From: Candidatus Stammera capleta
GTDB lineage: Bacteria > Pseudomonadota > Gammaproteobacteria > Enterobacterales > Enterobacteriaceae
DNA length: 64,000 nt
Assembly (NCBI GenBank): GCA_036689245.1
Contig: CP144771.1
Coordinates: 246,274 to 310,273 of the forward strand
Direction of reading: 5' to 3'
Positions within the stretch are counted from its first letter, which is position 1; every line of letters starts with the position of its first letter. The position numbers and the translations under genes were made by a program. Below, piece by piece: positions 63,163-64,000 of the stretch. The notes under the pieces were generated by a model, which was given only the letters and a program-made list of their open reading frames with translations, made no database searches and was not told the DNA's origin.

Positions 63163-63978
63163 TTACGATATATAAACTATCGTTAATATCATAAAAATAA
63201 ATGCTTGTAAAAAAGAAATAAAAAGATGTAAAAAATTACATGGTAAAATAAACAACCATTGTAACCACCATGGAATAATAAAAGATATCAAAATAATAAT
63301 AATTTCACCAGAATAAATATTACCAAATAATCTTAATGATAAAGATAAAATTTTAGAAAAAAAATTTACTGTTTCTAAAATTATATTTAAAGGTATTAAA
63401 AAAATACTATTAAATGGATGTAAACAAAAGTCTTTAATTTTTTTTTTAAAACCAAAATAGTAAAATTTATAAAAAAAACTATAAAATAAAACACTTAATG
63501 CCATAGACAAAGTTATATTTACATCAGTAGTTGGAATATAAGACAAATATTGTATACCAAACATTTTACTAAATAATAATGGAAATAAATCTAAAGGTAA
63601 TAAACTTATTAAATTCATAAATAAAATCCATGTAAAAACAGTAAATGCTAAAGAAAATACATATTTATCTTTTTTACCAAAAATATCTTTAACATTATAA
63701 AGTATAAAAACAATAATTATTTCTAATAATATTAATATATTATTTGGTAATTTATTATAATTAATATTTTTAACTAAAAATATAACAAAAAACCAAAAAA
63801 TAAAACCTAAAATAAAAGAAAAAAATATTGAATCTATATTAAATAGAAAAAATGAATATAATTTACTACTTTTAGTTAAAAAATTACCTAAAATATTAAA
63901 TTGTAAATGTTTTAAATGATGATCAATATAATTATTTGGTAATATAAAATTTAAAACAAAATTTTTCATAAAAATCAC
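63163..63978 (-). CDS. atpB: ATP synthase F0 subunit a
   Basis: 271 aa. YIDHHL, LSLRLFGNIYSGE (essential Arg) and LQAFIFMILTIVY. Confidence 0.95.
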   Translation of the reverse strand: MIFMKNFVLNFILPNNYIDHHLKHLQFNILGNFLTKSSKLYSFFLFNIDSIFFSFILGFIFWFFVIFLVKNINYNKLPNNILILLEIIIVFILYNVKDIFGKKDKYVFSLAFTVFTWILFMNLISLLPLDLFPLLFSKMFGIQYLSYIPTTDVNITLSMALSVLFYSFFYKFYYFGFKKKIKDFCLHPFNSIFLIPLNIILETVNFFSKILSLSLRLFGNIYSGEIIIILISFIIPWWLQWLFILPCNFLHLFISFLQAFIFMILTIVYIS

Positions 63979-64000
63979 TAAATTTTTAAAAAATTAATAA

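Noticed and set aside
63979-64000. The possibility that the region upstream of atpB contains oriC or atpI, as in the E. coli gidA-gidB-atpI-atpB arrangement.
   Set aside because: Only 22 nt remain in the window. There is nothing to evaluate.

Overview
This window is a densely packed, extremely AT-rich stretch (by eye under 20% G+C) of a reduced gammaproteobacterial chromosome, most likely an Enterobacterales-derived insect endosymbiont. I cannot name the species. Nearly every long ORF is a recognisable housekeeping ortholog. The genes sit in E. coli-like microsyntenic blocks: rnc-era, secE-nusG-rplKAJL-rpoBC, ybeY-ybeZ-miaB plus Leu/Gln/Met tRNAs, tmk-holB-ycfH, rpmBG, frr-uppS-bamA-skp-dnaE, tsaD/rpsU-dnaG-rpoD, trxA-rho, ompR-envZ, pepA-valS, Ala/Thr/Tyr/Gly tRNAs and atpBEFHAGDC. 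I annotate 61 protein-coding features for 60 genes. One of them, rpmG, is below the ORF-track size cutoff, and dnaG is listed as two pieces. I also annotate 12 tRNA genes. I see no mobile elements, CRISPR arrays, prophage, toxin-antitoxin or other accessory island, and no convincing novel multi-gene system. The points most worth a second look are candidate recoding or slippage sites. dnaG is split exactly at a CCC-UGA shifty stop, and a +1 shift restores a conserved motif. prmB is split inside an A12 tract. An in-frame 26-nt homopolymer lies in the dnaG linker. Other points of interest are a strongly conserved OmpR paired with an EnvZ that has a decayed sensor half, a very highly conserved Rho, a retained 678-aa YccS/YhfK-like membrane protein of unknown function, and collapse of the frr-to-dnaE envelope gene block down to uppS, bamA and skp. 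All ortholog comparisons rely on E. coli sequences recalled from memory, and identity figures are by-eye estimates. No searches or computations were run.
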